Shown: piece by piece, positions 26,629 through 35,516 of the stretch
Numbering within the stretch: the first letter of the stretch is position 1
Layout: each line of letters opens with the position of its first letter
DNA from: a virus
Lineage: Duplodnaviria > Caudoviricetes
DNA: 40,749 bases
Reading direction: 5' to 3' (one strand)
IMG/VR virus record: IMGVR_UViG_3300029183_000200
Coordinates: 1 to 40,749 of that record
The notes under the pieces: model-generated
Databases searched by the model: none
Seen by the model: the letters and a program-made list of their open reading frames with translations, nothing else
Told to the model about the DNA's origin: nothing
Translations under genes and position numbers: made by a program

Positions 26629-28359
26629 CTAGTCCTTGTAAATAATGATGCCGCCAGCTTCATTTGCTCCCGGCGCGCCCGCAGTTGTACCAGAACCGGT
26701 CGTAACAGCGACGGAGAGGGCGGTTGAGAACTGGATTCCTCCTTGCGGTACTGGAATGGTGATACCAGCTACGTCTGAGTCGGCATTTGCCGGAATCGGG
26801 AAGTTCATATCTGGCGCAGTCGTTCCGACCGTGACCGTATTTGTGTTGAACAACTGAACCCAGAGCGGAGCCGCAGTTGCGTTCCAGAAGTACATATATG
26901 ACACGGTGCAGGCAGATGATGCAACGTCCTCTTCTGATTCGTCGAGGTCGATTGACGAGAAGAATGAGTTGCCTCCCTGGTGAGATGCTGCCGCCGAAGT
27001 CCATACGCCACCGTCGTCTGATACGTGGAGCGGTTCGTAATCTCCGTCAGTTCCCGAAACAGCTGCAGGGGCGGTATCACGGACGGCAAGAGCCATGACA
27101 CCGACATCGCCGGAGGAATGGGTGGCATCTTCTGCTTTGGCAAGATCCCCTGCAGCCGTAGTAGCTGCGCCGATTGTGACTTCACCGATTGTGTTAGAAC
27201 CTGTCTGAAGCGTGGACTGGACTGCAAATGTGCCACCGTTGTCCACGGTGATCGAATTTCCACCGTCTGAGATATGGACTGCGCCATCAGTGTCGATAGC
27301 GATAGCACCTGCATCGTTCGCATCAACTGACTGGGTTCCGGCAAAACCCATAATCATCACACCCGAAGAGGTTCCGAGCGTGAATGCAGCGTCGTCTACG
27401 TGAACTACGTTGTCGATGAGTTGAAGGGCAGTGAGGGCGTCTCCGTCAACCTGAGTAGCGAACGTACCGCCGTTATCGACCGTAATCGAGTTGCCGCCGT
27501 CCGCAATCGTTACATCTGCGTCCTGACCGACGATCTGGGCGTCCACATGGAGCCTGCGGTCGGTTGACATCGCAACGACACCGACATCGCCTGAATCGAC
27601 TGCATCAGCGGTCACAAACCCCATCATGGGAGTTCCAGCACCGGTTCCTGCTGTGAACGAGCCGTCGTCAGTTGCAGAAGTGCCGCCCGACCCGGCAGCG
27701 TTCGTGACCCTCAGTTCACCGTCTGCGTTTACGGAAAACGGAACATAATCGCCGTCTGCGCCGAAATCAACCTGAGAGTCCTGTCTGACTCCGAGCAGCA
27801 TGACACCAGCGTCACCAGAGTTGTGAACGGAGTCTTCGGCATGAACGATGGATGAGTTGTCGATGGTGACATCGTTATTGCCACCGAGATCGACTGTGAC
27901 TGAGCCTGAGATCGAGACGGTTCCATCGACGGTGATTGCACCGCCGCCGTCGTCTATGGAGAGAGTGGAGCCGTTGTCATCGACTGAGAGGACGCCTGTG
28001 GTGTCTGAGGCGATTGTGACGCGGAGGGTTCCGTTGTCGACTGTTCCGTTTCCGAGATCGACAGCATTCCCAGCGAGTTCTGCGATTTCGACGTAGACCG
28101 CACCGACATCGTTGACCTGTATTGGAGCGTAGTCGCCGTCCGTCCCCGCAAGTGCTGCGAGGGTGTCGTTGCGGACAGCGAGCGACATGATGCCGTGCTC
28201 GCCAGAAGAGTGTTGAGTATCTTCTGCTTTTGAGAGTGCTTCGGTGGTTCCGTTACCTGAAGCGGTGAGTTTAACTTCCTGGTAGTGGACTCCACCTTCG
28301 TCCTGCGTGGCTAAAGTTGCGCCACCGGAACCGGAGTTCAGTTCAATTGTGTCAACCAA
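26629..28359 (-). CDS. repeat-rich fibre-like structural protein (576 aa)
   Basis: Three AED..H.SG..G.M.L.VR.D..G.DGDY repeats plus other internal repeats; C-terminal beta-sandwich. Confidence 0.7.
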   Translation of the reverse strand: MVDTIELNSGSGGATLATQDEGGVHYQEVKLTASGNGTTEALSKAEDTQHSSGEHGIMSLAVRNDTLAALAGTDGDYAPIQVNDVGAVYVEIAELAGNAVDLGNGTVDNGTLRVTIASDTTGVLSVDDNGSTLSIDDGGGAITVDGTVSISGSVTVDLGGNNDVTIDNSSIVHAEDSVHNSGDAGVMLLGVRQDSQVDFGADGDYVPFSVNADGELRVTNAAGSGGTSATDDGSFTAGTGAGTPMMGFVTADAVDSGDVGVVAMSTDRRLHVDAQIVGQDADVTIADGGNSITVDNGGTFATQVDGDALTALQLIDNVVHVDDAAFTLGTSSGVMIMGFAGTQSVDANDAGAIAIDTDGAVHISDGGNSITVDNGGTFAVQSTLQTGSNTIGEVTIGAATTAAGDLAKAEDATHSSGDVGVMALAVRDTAPAAVSGTDGDYEPLHVSDDGGVWTSAAASHQGGNSFFSSIDLDESEEDVASSACTVSYMYFWNATAAPLWVQLFNTNTVTVGTTAPDMNFPIPANADSDVAGITIPVPQGGIQFSTALSVAVTTGSGTTAGAPGANEAGGIIIYKD

Positions 28360-28365
28360 GTGACA

Positions 28366-28563
28366 TTACTCGGAGAGAGGCACGGCCTCCAGTTTGTCTG
28401 AGACTGGCTCTTCGGATGTTCGGCCTTGTTCCAACTCGGCAATACGCCTGTCCCGCTCTGTAATCATCCGTGTGAGAATGATCGTCTTCAATCTCTCTTC
28501 TGCAGCGGGCATCTGCTTTAGCAGCTGGTCGTAATCTGCCTGTGTGGGTTCGAGGTTAATCAT
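28366..28563 (-). CDS. small coiled-coil protein
   Basis: AGGAG RBS; helical sequence. Confidence 0.7.
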   Translation of the reverse strand: MINLEPTQADYDQLLKQMPAAEERLKTIILTRMITERDRRIAELEQGRTSEEPVSDKLEAVPLSE

Positions 28564-28613
28564 ACACTCTCCTAAATTTGCGGTTTTAAGGGGTCTGCGA
28601 CGCGGAAATCTCG

Positions 28614-29216
28614 TTATCCGACGCCTGTTGTGGTCAGTGAATACCTTCTTGTATTAGCACCGCCGCCTCCGGCAGTATATTCAATCGTGACGAAAGCCGC
28701 CTCTCCAGCGGTTCCGTCGAACGCTTCCACGTCCCGGTTCTGAACTCCAGCGTTCGTATCCTCCAGAACGACGGTTAAATCTGTGACCCCTGAACCCGTG
28801 GCGTCATCCTCAATCTCCTGGAAGATGGTGTTGAGTTCTGGTGAGGTGAATACTGCACCGGACAGCCAGTTCGACGACCAGTTCGTTGTTGCAGTTGTCC
28901 GAGTGCGGCTTGCCATATCTCCAGCAGCCCAGACAGTCAGGGTCTTTTCCTCGACGCCGTAAACGTCCATCTCTGCTGCGCCACCAGACCCGAATGAAAC
29001 GTCTGTCAGGTCGATGTCGCACCCTGAGTCATAAGTTGCTCCGCTCGGGATGCTGACTCCGTCCCAGATGAGGCCCATGTACTGAATACGAGACGGTGCT
29101 GTGTTGTCTCCGAACTTGAACTCTCCGGTAGCGGTTGCGCTGAATCCTGGAAACCCCGAGTCGGTGTCGTAGGCATCGTGACCTGATGCGCTGATCCTGT
29201 CCGTAACGGTCGTCAT
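28614..29216 (-). CDS. putative structural beta-sandwich protein
   Basis: Acidic and Thr/Gly-rich; C-terminal LTTTGVG. Confidence 0.6.
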   Translation of the reverse strand: MTTVTDRISASGHDAYDTDSGFPGFSATATGEFKFGDNTAPSRIQYMGLIWDGVSIPSGATYDSGCDIDLTDVSFGSGGAAEMDVYGVEEKTLTVWAAGDMASRTRTTATTNWSSNWLSGAVFTSPELNTIFQEIEDDATGSGVTDLTVVLEDTNAGVQNRDVEAFDGTAGEAAFVTIEYTAGGGGANTRRYSLTTTGVG

Positions 29217-29839
29217 CTTCCTGGTCTCTGGTCGCTGATAACACGTGTCAGGGTTCGTTGCCGTCGTTGCCTGACGCCTTCTGTGACGGTTGCGTTCCTT
29301 GTACGGGACATATTCTGCACGGCAAGCGGTAGTTTCAGTCTCTGAGTGGGGCGATCTATCGCAAGATCAGGGTCGCACCTGTCTCCCGTGGCCGTGGGAT
29401 GAGTTGCAATCCAGTCTTCTGCCTGTTCGTAGATCCAATCGACGACATCCGATTCTGAATAGGTTCCGACAGAGAATTTGTTGGGCCAATGAATGCGGAC
29501 AAGGCTCCCGTTTCGGGTCTCGTATTTGTCGTCTCCGTTAGCCCAGTGAGCAGCGTGCGTGTCCGTAGGAAGGTTCTCAGGCCCCTCGTATTCTCCCGCA
29601 AACCCGCGACAGAAGAATTGACCGGTTCCGTCTCTTAAATACCGAATTCGCTTCTCAAGGATGGGGGTTCCGACCCATCTGAGAAGGTCGCCAGCCCTGA
29701 AATCGTTGACAACTGTAGGAGGATCGCCGTCTATGCGATTCTGCTCCGTGGGCCAGTACCGAGCACAGAAATAGACCCAATTCCGACCCGGACGGTCGAT
29801 CTGCTGCAAAAGGTCAATCTCGATATGCCAGTCAGCCAT
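29213..29839 (-). CDS. hypothetical protein
   Basis: ATGA coupling to the next gene. Confidence 0.7.
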   Translation of the reverse strand: MADWHIEIDLLQQIDRPGRNWVYFCARYWPTEQNRIDGDPPTVVNDFRAGDLLRWVGTPILEKRIRYLRDGTGQFFCRGFAGEYEGPENLPTDTHAAHWANGDDKYETRNGSLVRIHWPNKFSVGTYSESDVVDWIYEQAEDWIATHPTATGDRCDPDLAIDRPTQRLKLPLAVQNMSRTRNATVTEGVRQRRQRTLTRVISDQRPGR

Positions 29840-29867
29840 GCCCTATTTCTTCGGCTTTCGCTTGCCT

Positions 29868-30128
29868 TTATTCGTTCGTGGCATCTTCCACAACCTTTAC
29901 TTCTATCGGTTCATCATTAGCCCGGTCGTCCTCGAACTTCTGGACAATCTTTCTGAAATCCTTCTGCGTAACCCGAACAAACTCTCCCCCGAAATGAACC
30001 CGGTAACTTCTCGCCCGAGAACCCTCCTGTGAAAACTCCCGAACCTCCAACGATGTGACAACAGAAAGGTTCAGCCAACGCTCAGATATCTCGTCCTGCA
30101 TCGACTCGACTTTAATCAGATCCATCAA
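29868..30128 (-). CDS. hypothetical protein
   Basis: Operon packing. Confidence 0.6.
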   Translation of the reverse strand: MMDLIKVESMQDEISERWLNLSVVTSLEVREFSQEGSRARSYRVHFGGEFVRVTQKDFRKIVQKFEDDRANDEPIEVKVVEDATNE

Positions 30129-30400
30129 TCCCCGTTCCTGATCTTGTCTAGCATCTGAAGGACTTCAGTGCGGCTAATTTCATCAGATGACGCTCCCAGA
30201 TTAAAAGACTCCTCGACAATCTTCGCCGCTCTCTCTCGTTCTTTCGTGAGAGTAGGAAGATGATCCGCAGGGTTCAGGTGGACAAACTCGCCCGTGAAGT
30301 GCAAATACTCCGGTAGACCGCCTTCCTGTCTCCAAACCGCGTGTTCCTCAGACTTCTGCCCCTCCAAAATAGGATGCCCGCAAACGTAACAGTCAGTCAT
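30125..30400 (-). CDS. hypothetical protein (CxxC)
   Basis: ATG at 30400 overlaps the upstream TGA; MTDCYVCGH. Confidence 0.6.
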   Translation of the reverse strand: MTDCYVCGHPILEGQKSEEHAVWRQEGGLPEYLHFTGEFVHLNPADHLPTLTKERERAAKIVEESFNLGASSDEISRTEVLQMLDKIRNGD

Positions 30401-30678
30401 GAAGTAACGTCCACATTCCCAGATGGACTCGTCATCCAGAGATCGTTCGGCAGATTCCCAATCTCTATTGGTGGCATGTCTCCAATGGCAAAAATATGAT
30501 CCTGAACCCACTTACGAGGCGGAAATGGATCATCCGGGTAGTGGTTCCGGTCACAGGGAATACGCTGAATAGCAGGCCTCTCACCCAGAACCTCGTTGAT
30601 CGCATCCCGAAGCTCCCGCAACTCCTCCAAATCACCCTTCATCTCAGCAATCTTCTTCAGCAAATCAGACCTCTTCAA
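30397..30678 (-). CDS. hypothetical protein
   Basis: TTG start at 30678 after GGGGGTG; helical N-terminus. Confidence 0.55.
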   Translation of the reverse strand: MKRSDLLKKIAEMKGDLEELRELRDAINEVLGERPAIQRIPCDRNHYPDDPFPPRKWVQDHIFAIGDMPPIEIGNLPNDLWMTSPSGNVDVTS

Positions 30679-30767
30679 GACAAAATCACCCCCAACAAAA
30701 GCCAGGTGAAAAGCACGAGCAACGGAACCCCGACAATAACCAGCCATTCCGAACGCTCAATATTCAC
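30675..30767 (-). CDS. 30-aa single-TM peptide
   Basis: MNIERSEWLVIVGVPLLVLFTWLLLGVILS*; TTGA overlap with the next gene. Confidence 0.45.
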   Translation of the reverse strand: MNIERSEWLVIVGVPLLVLFTWLLLGVILS

Positions 30768-30877
30768 ACCAAACCCAAAACCTTTTCTAAATCCCCAGAG
30801 GTGAACAAATCCCAAAATGTTCTCCAAGAAATTCAGAGGTGGGTATATTTATATCAGAACCCAAAACTCGCCAAGAA

Positions 30878-31384
30878 CTACCCCCCGGCCTCGGTATTCC
30901 CCAGCATCTTTCCTGTTTCCCTGCTTTTCTGAGCTTCCAGAGCCGCGGAATCCGCTGACTCCCTGGCTGTCTGCAACCGCTGCATCTCTGCTCCCAAATA
31001 TGAGAAAAGCTCAGCTTCATCGCGGGAGAGTCTGCGGTCACTGGTCAACGCTCCAATGTGCCTGCCGATTAGCTCCTGACCCTTGAAAGCAGCACTCCAG
31101 CTTTCAGATGCGCGAGCCTCGCTAACCATCTCAAGCGTGTCACGTAACCAGTCAGCGTGGGAATACTCAACCTGAACTGCGAGAGTTGCTTGTTTCCGTT
31201 TAATTGCAGCAACAACTTTAGGTTCTTTCAGGAGATTAGTTGCTTGAGCGTGAGCTGACTTTTGGGAGTAACCGGCTTTAACAGCCGCTTGGGTGGCATT
31301 GAAGCCATTTGTGAGGTATTCGCTGATGAACGCTTCATGTCTTGGTAGAAGCGGAGTATTCTCTGCTAGTTTTGCTTGAGGCAT
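30878..31384 (-). CDS. terminase small subunit
   Basis: FISEYL..FNATQAAVKAGYSQKSA...A..LL..P.V. Confidence 0.92.
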   Translation of the reverse strand: MPQAKLAENTPLLPRHEAFISEYLTNGFNATQAAVKAGYSQKSAHAQATNLLKEPKVVAAIKRKQATLAVQVEYSHADWLRDTLEMVSEARASESWSAAFKGQELIGRHIGALTSDRRLSRDEAELFSYLGAEMQRLQTARESADSAALEAQKSRETGKMLGNTEAGG

Positions 31385-31674
31385 GAGACGAGTTTATCGG
31401 ACAGGGTTTGGGTCTGGTTTGGTGGGTTCTTGACCAACCTGATGCCACCAATCAGAGTTCTTTATGCTGGCCTTGCTCTGACTGGGCTCCAATTGCGTCC
31501 TGTATATCGGGAATACACGCCAGCTTATGCTTTCCGCAGTCCTGCTCGTCTATCTTGACGGTAGCTGCGTCCAGCGGGAGAGGAATCGTTCCTACTGGCA
31601 GAATCGTTTTAAGGGCGCAGAGGTTGTAAACAGGTGAGAAAACAACATGCGCCAGGAACGATTCACAGATGATT

Positions 31675-31866
31675 CTAACACCCGCGCTTAACCGCTGCAT
31701 ACACAGTTGTGCGGGATATCTCGTAACGCCTGGATATCTCTGTTATCGACAAGCCCTGCTGGTAGTCCTTACAGATCAACTTGTCACGAGCACGCATCTG
31801 CTTCCTGCGGTGCTTGTGCCACTTCTCTCGACCTTCATTCATTTGCTCAACTGTCAATAAAGGCAA
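31675..31866 (-). CDS. HTH DNA-binding protein (putative repressor/regulator)
   Basis: RDKLICKDYQQGLSITEISRRYEISRTTVY; AGGAG before TTG at 31866; divergent from the early genes. Confidence 0.75.
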   Translation of the reverse strand: MPLLTVEQMNEGREKWHKHRRKQMRARDKLICKDYQQGLSITEISRRYEISRTTVYAAVKRGC

Positions 31867-31880
31867 TTTCGCTCCTATGC

Positions 31881-31910
31881 TTGACACATGTCTTATCTAT
31901 CATGTACAGT
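31881..31910 (+). promoter_or_regulatory. sigma70-type early promoter
   Basis: TTGACA-18 nt-TACAGT at the strand switch. Confidence 0.6.
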
Positions 31911-31953
31911 CTACCACATCAGGGCGGATACACGGCTAACAGGGAGAGAGTAA

Positions 31954-32109
31954 ATGCGCAAACAGCCTTACTGGAAAGGGTTCAAGGCTGAGTACACAGG
32001 CAACTCAAACATGCTCTACGGCGGGAACTTTTGGGAGATTCGCATCCTCGAAGGCCCGCACTCAGGCGAGTTGAAGTGGACACACCACGCACCGGAATTC
32101 TGGGACTAA
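31954..32109 (+). CDS. 51-aa first early protein
   Basis: AGGGAG RBS; MRKQPYWKGFKAEYTG...EFWD*; absent from the ORF track. Confidence 0.65.
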   Translation: MRKQPYWKGFKAEYTGNSNMLYGGNFWEIRILEGPHSGELKWTHHAPEFWD

Positions 32110-32129
32110 GCACAACAGGGAGAGAGACA

Positions 32130-32639
32130 GTGACCACAGACACACAACACGCAAGAGAACAGGCAGAGGCGCAGCTACAGCGCATCAGGGAGATGATGGA
32201 GTGGTTGGAGCATGCTAATACCTGTGAATATGGCGAGTGTGACCACGAATTAGACGACTTAATGCGAGAGTGGGACTTTGCAGACCTGCAAGAGACGCTA
32301 GACCCTGATCGAGCATTGGAAGCCGTTCACAACTCAGCACTTGAGGTTGCAGTGCGTAGCGGTTGGGAATCGCCGCCACTCATGGATACAGGCGAGAGCG
32401 TCGCGGCTGCGGAGTACCGCATCCTGCTATCCACTGGCGGGCCAGCAACACGCATTGTGGGAGAACTGAACGAATACGGAGAGCCTGAGACCGCACGCCT
32501 GGAGTATCAGGACTGGTTCACACCGTGGACGGTCTACGACGCTGAGAATCAGCACATCACACCGGGGCCGGGATGCTGCGAAGACTGTGACGCAGGGTTT
32601 GCCCTAGTCCGCTTCGCTCAACAGTTCATATTCTGTTAA
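32130..32639 (+). CDS. conserved-looking phage early hypothetical protein
   Basis: GTG after AGGGAG; EYRILLSTGGPATRI..LEYQDWFTPW. Confidence 0.75.
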   Translation: MTTDTQHAREQAEAQLQRIREMMEWLEHANTCEYGECDHELDDLMREWDFADLQETLDPDRALEAVHNSALEVAVRSGWESPPLMDTGESVAAAEYRILLSTGGPATRIVGELNEYGEPETARLEYQDWFTPWTVYDAENQHITPGPGCCEDCDAGFALVRFAQQFIFC

Positions 32640-32648
32640 TCTAGAAAT

Positions 32649-33140
32649 ATGTACAGATACATTAATAACCGAGACAGCATAGGCCGCTTCACCAAGCGCA
32701 CACGACCTGTAACGCCAACTCAGACAAGAGCCAGATTCGATGCAAAGGTGAGGCGGCTGCCCTCTGGCTGCCATGAGTGGACAGGCGCGAAAACATCCAG
32801 CGGTTACGGGATTTTTAGTCTGAACGGGAAGCCTGTCACGGTACATAGATGGCTATATCAGCAAGAGCGCGGGGTGCTCCCGCAAACACTACACATAGAC
32901 CATCTATGTCGAAACAAACTGTGCGTCAACGTGGAACACATGGAGGCCGTACCGCAGAGGGTCAACACGCTCAGGGGGACAGGATTTGCAGCTCGTAACG
33001 CCCGCAAAACACATTGCCCTCACGGACACGAACTAGACGGCATCCGGCGATATAAAGGGCGTAGAAATACAAGGTACTGCAAGACCTGTGCCAGGTTGAG
33101 AACGGCACGCAACAAAGCTAAAAAACTCAACGGCGAGTAA
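32649..33140 (+). CDS. HNH endonuclease (same type as 307-756)
   Basis: CHEWTG..GYG..VHR..IDHLCRNKLCVNVEHME..THCPHGH..CKTC. Confidence 0.9.
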   Translation: MYRYINNRDSIGRFTKRTRPVTPTQTRARFDAKVRRLPSGCHEWTGAKTSSGYGIFSLNGKPVTVHRWLYQQERGVLPQTLHIDHLCRNKLCVNVEHMEAVPQRVNTLRGTGFAARNARKTHCPHGHELDGIRRYKGRRNTRYCKTCARLRTARNKAKKLNGE

Positions 33141-33223
33141 GCAATTCAGCACAGGGCACACAATCACGCTGCGCCTTGAACTGAGCGGCTTACGCTCTAC
33201 AACTAAAAGGGAGAGGGCACAAC

Positions 33224-33406
33224 ATGGAAATCACACTAAGCAACGTAGATGCAGACTTGCTAGAACGGCAGCGCAAAACTCTCAATGAAATGCGTCCGGA
33301 AGTACGAGCAGAACTACCACCAAGCCAGAGAGACGCACTCGACGGCATCCTGAACATGCTGGATGCATGGAGTGACGAACTGGCAGAGAGAGCAGATATC
33401 ACGTAG
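33224..33406 (+). CDS. hypothetical protein
   Basis: GGGAG RBS. Confidence 0.7.
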   Translation: MEITLSNVDADLLERQRKTLNEMRPEVRAELPPSQRDALDGILNMLDAWSDELAERADIT

Positions 33407-33520
33407 GACTCTCTCTCCCTACGAAGCGGCTCCCGGTAGTCGCAGATGCCCGCCTGCTTCCTTGCCCCCCTAGCCGTAGGTCTAACAGGGAAGTGGGCGG
33501 GCTACTCAAAGGATTAAGAA

Positions 33521-33772
33521 ATGACAAGTAACAACAAAGTTGAACGTGAGCAACGTGCTTTTTGGGCAGTCAGCGACTATCAAGTACACCATGTTGTCGG
33601 CTACGACTGCCGCCCTAGCACGCCCGATTACTGGTGGGTTCCTGAACTCGGCTACTCCATGCAGGCGGGAACCTCGCTATTTGAACACGAACAGCAAGCC
33701 ATTGATAAAGCACTGGACTCCATCGACAAGGCAATCAAAAACCTTGAACGCCTCAAAGAGAAACTGCAATGA
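33521..33772 (+). CDS. hypothetical protein
   Basis: AAGGA RBS, coupled to the next ORF. Confidence 0.7.
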   Translation: MTSNNKVEREQRAFWAVSDYQVHHVVGYDCRPSTPDYWWVPELGYSMQAGTSLFEHEQQAIDKALDSIDKAIKNLERLKEKLQ

Positions 33773-34074
33773 CCACATCAACACAGACTCCAGAAACTCT
33801 CGTTAGAGAATTGGTAGTCCTGCACAAAGCAAAGGTGATGGAGTGGGGCGAGTGGCATGACCTAAATAACACCCTGGCTGCACGCAAAGTGTGGGCAGAC
33901 TTCTGGAACTCGTCCGTAGAGGCAGAGATACACGCTCTAGGCAAGCTCAAGTCCTACATGGACGCTGCAGGGGCTGTACAGGTCACGTATGGCCCGTACA
34001 GAGCGGTTATCGAGAAGCACGAAGGCGATCCTTTCATCCAGCTATATGAGGGAACGGAGAAGTTGACGTTATGA
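33769..34074 (+). CDS. hypothetical protein
   Basis: ATGA overlaps at both ends. Confidence 0.7.
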   Translation: MTTSTQTPETLVRELVVLHKAKVMEWGEWHDLNNTLAARKVWADFWNSSVEAEIHALGKLKSYMDAAGAVQVTYGPYRAVIEKHEGDPFIQLYEGTEKLTL

Positions 34075-34283
34075 GACCACTAATCCTTCTCGTCCTGGTT
34101 GTAGCTGCTATCGCACTGACAGCGATTACAGCACACGCCCAGACACCCGAGTACTCCCACAGGCTCGCAGAACCCGCATACATCGTTATCTGGGATGAAG
34201 AAGAGATCATCTGCAACGAACGCGAAGGCACTCAGGCTCACGTTGTTGAGTGCATGACACTGGAAAGGTACAGGAGTAGATAG
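34071..34283 (+). CDS. small secreted protein
   Basis: Signal peptide ending AHA-Q. Confidence 0.65.
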   Translation: MRPLILLVLVVAAIALTAITAHAQTPEYSHRLAEPAYIVIWDEEEIICNEREGTQAHVVECMTLERYRSR

Positions 34284-34571
34284 ATGGAAATACGTGAGGC
34301 TGCTCAATCTGCTATCAACACGTTCGGGCCAGGGCCAGAAGGTCTTACTGCCCGCGAGTGGAAAGATGCGGTAGCCAAGCTACAAGCCGCTATTGCAACA
34401 CCTGCACGGTGCGAGGCGGCTCCGGTTGGTGGCTTTTCTGCGGGATGGCAATGCGACCTGCCTGCTAACCACGGCAACAAACACATGGCCTTGATTCTGT
34501 GGCAGCACTACCTAGAAGAACAACCTGTGACCGAAACAATAATGCCTATCAACTGGGAAACGCAGCAATGA
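34284..34571 (+). CDS. hypothetical protein with Cys/His motif
   Basis: C...CDLPANH..KH. Confidence 0.65.
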   Translation: MEIREAAQSAINTFGPGPEGLTAREWKDAVAKLQAAIATPARCEAAPVGGFSAGWQCDLPANHGNKHMALILWQHYLEEQPVTETIMPINWETQQ

Positions 34572-34855
34572 CCCTCTACTACGACCGAGACGACATGGAA
34601 GAAGCTGCTGTAGCGCAGCGGACTGAGAAGGTTAACTTCGCTTATCCGCGTTATCGCAACGGCATGTCACGGAAGCGCGTCGATGAACTCGTGCGTGAAG
34701 ACCGGCATCTTGCTCACATGAAGCACCTTCGTGAATATCACCGCTTTCGAGAGATCAAACCGGATCTAATGTGGCATGAACAAGAAATAGGCGCAGGAAC
34801 CTGGGACACGCGTAACTGCCGCCTGTGGGGAGAAGGGAACTGTAAATGGCAATGA
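34568..34855 (+). CDS. hypothetical protein
   Basis: ATG at 34568 overlaps the upstream TGA. Confidence 0.6.
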   Translation: MTLYYDRDDMEEAAVAQRTEKVNFAYPRYRNGMSRKRVDELVREDRHLAHMKHLREYHRFREIKPDLMWHEQEIGAGTWDTRNCRLWGEGNCKWQ

Positions 34856-35013
34856 AACTCTGGAAACGACTGCACAACTGGTGGCTCGTTAAACGTGGCA
34901 AGCGACATCCGCAGGCCGACGAACTGATCGCTTACGCACAGTGGTACTTCACCGAAGGCCGTAAGCAGTTCGAGTCACCTTATGGGCCAACAAGCGATTG
35001 GGGCAGCAAATGA
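34852..35013 (+). CDS. 53-aa hypothetical protein
   Basis: MKLWKRLHNWW...; ATGA overlaps at both ends. Confidence 0.55.
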   Translation: MKLWKRLHNWWLVKRGKRHPQADELIAYAQWYFTEGRKQFESPYGPTSDWGSK

Positions 35014-35294
35014 CACCAGCAAGAGACCGCACAGTCACGCTAACTGATAAAGGCAGGGAGTACCTGCGTCAAATGCGTAAGCAGAAGAAGCCGCTGACAT
35101 CTCACTCCTCGCGGCTAATGTTAGCTCATGTCGCTGAGTGGGAAGCTAACCGTAACCCAGAGGACTACTGTCCTGAGTGCGCCTATGAACTCGACTCTAT
35201 GGAACTCGGCGTTGAGCGCAGTTCCTTCGGTGATGGCGAGATAGGTTACTACGCCGTGTTCTGCCCGCGATGTAACTGGAGCGAAACATACTAG
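35010..35294 (+). CDS. zinc-ribbon hypothetical protein
   Basis: CPEC...CPRC. Confidence 0.65.
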   Translation: MTPARDRTVTLTDKGREYLRQMRKQKKPLTSHSSRLMLAHVAEWEANRNPEDYCPECAYELDSMELGVERSSFGDGEIGYYAVFCPRCNWSETY

Positions 35295-35318
35295 CTATAA
35301 GCAGATGGGAGAGTAAAC

Positions 35319-35516
35319 GTGGACATCAACGCTGAGTTGGAAGAACTTGAAACAGCAGCACTTAAAGAAGTTGGCCTGCTGCTAGATCGAAGCGCAAGGC
35401 TTATGGAGATCCAAAGGGAGACACGAGAAGCCGAGCAACGACTACAAGGCTACAGAAAGCGGATCGCTAAGTTGAAAGGACAAAGCGCAGATGACATTCA
35501 CGCCAGAACAGATTGA
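35319..35516 (+). CDS. small coiled-coil protein
   Basis: GGGAG RBS, GTG start. Confidence 0.65.
   Translation: MDINAELEELETAALKEVGLLLDRSARLMEIQRETREAEQRLQGYRKRIAKLKGQSADDIHARTD

Noticed and set aside
29843-29884. 13-aa basic micro-ORF MPRTNKGKRKPKK
   Set aside because: Too short and the RBS too weak to support
1410-31086. Numerous plus-strand ORFs in the track opposite the late genes
   Set aside because: Antisense shadows of a tightly packed minus-strand operon
31452-31700. 82-aa minus-strand ORF between the HTH gene and terS
   Set aside because: No clear RBS, overlaps the HTH gene, no motif; more likely a late-promoter or leader region
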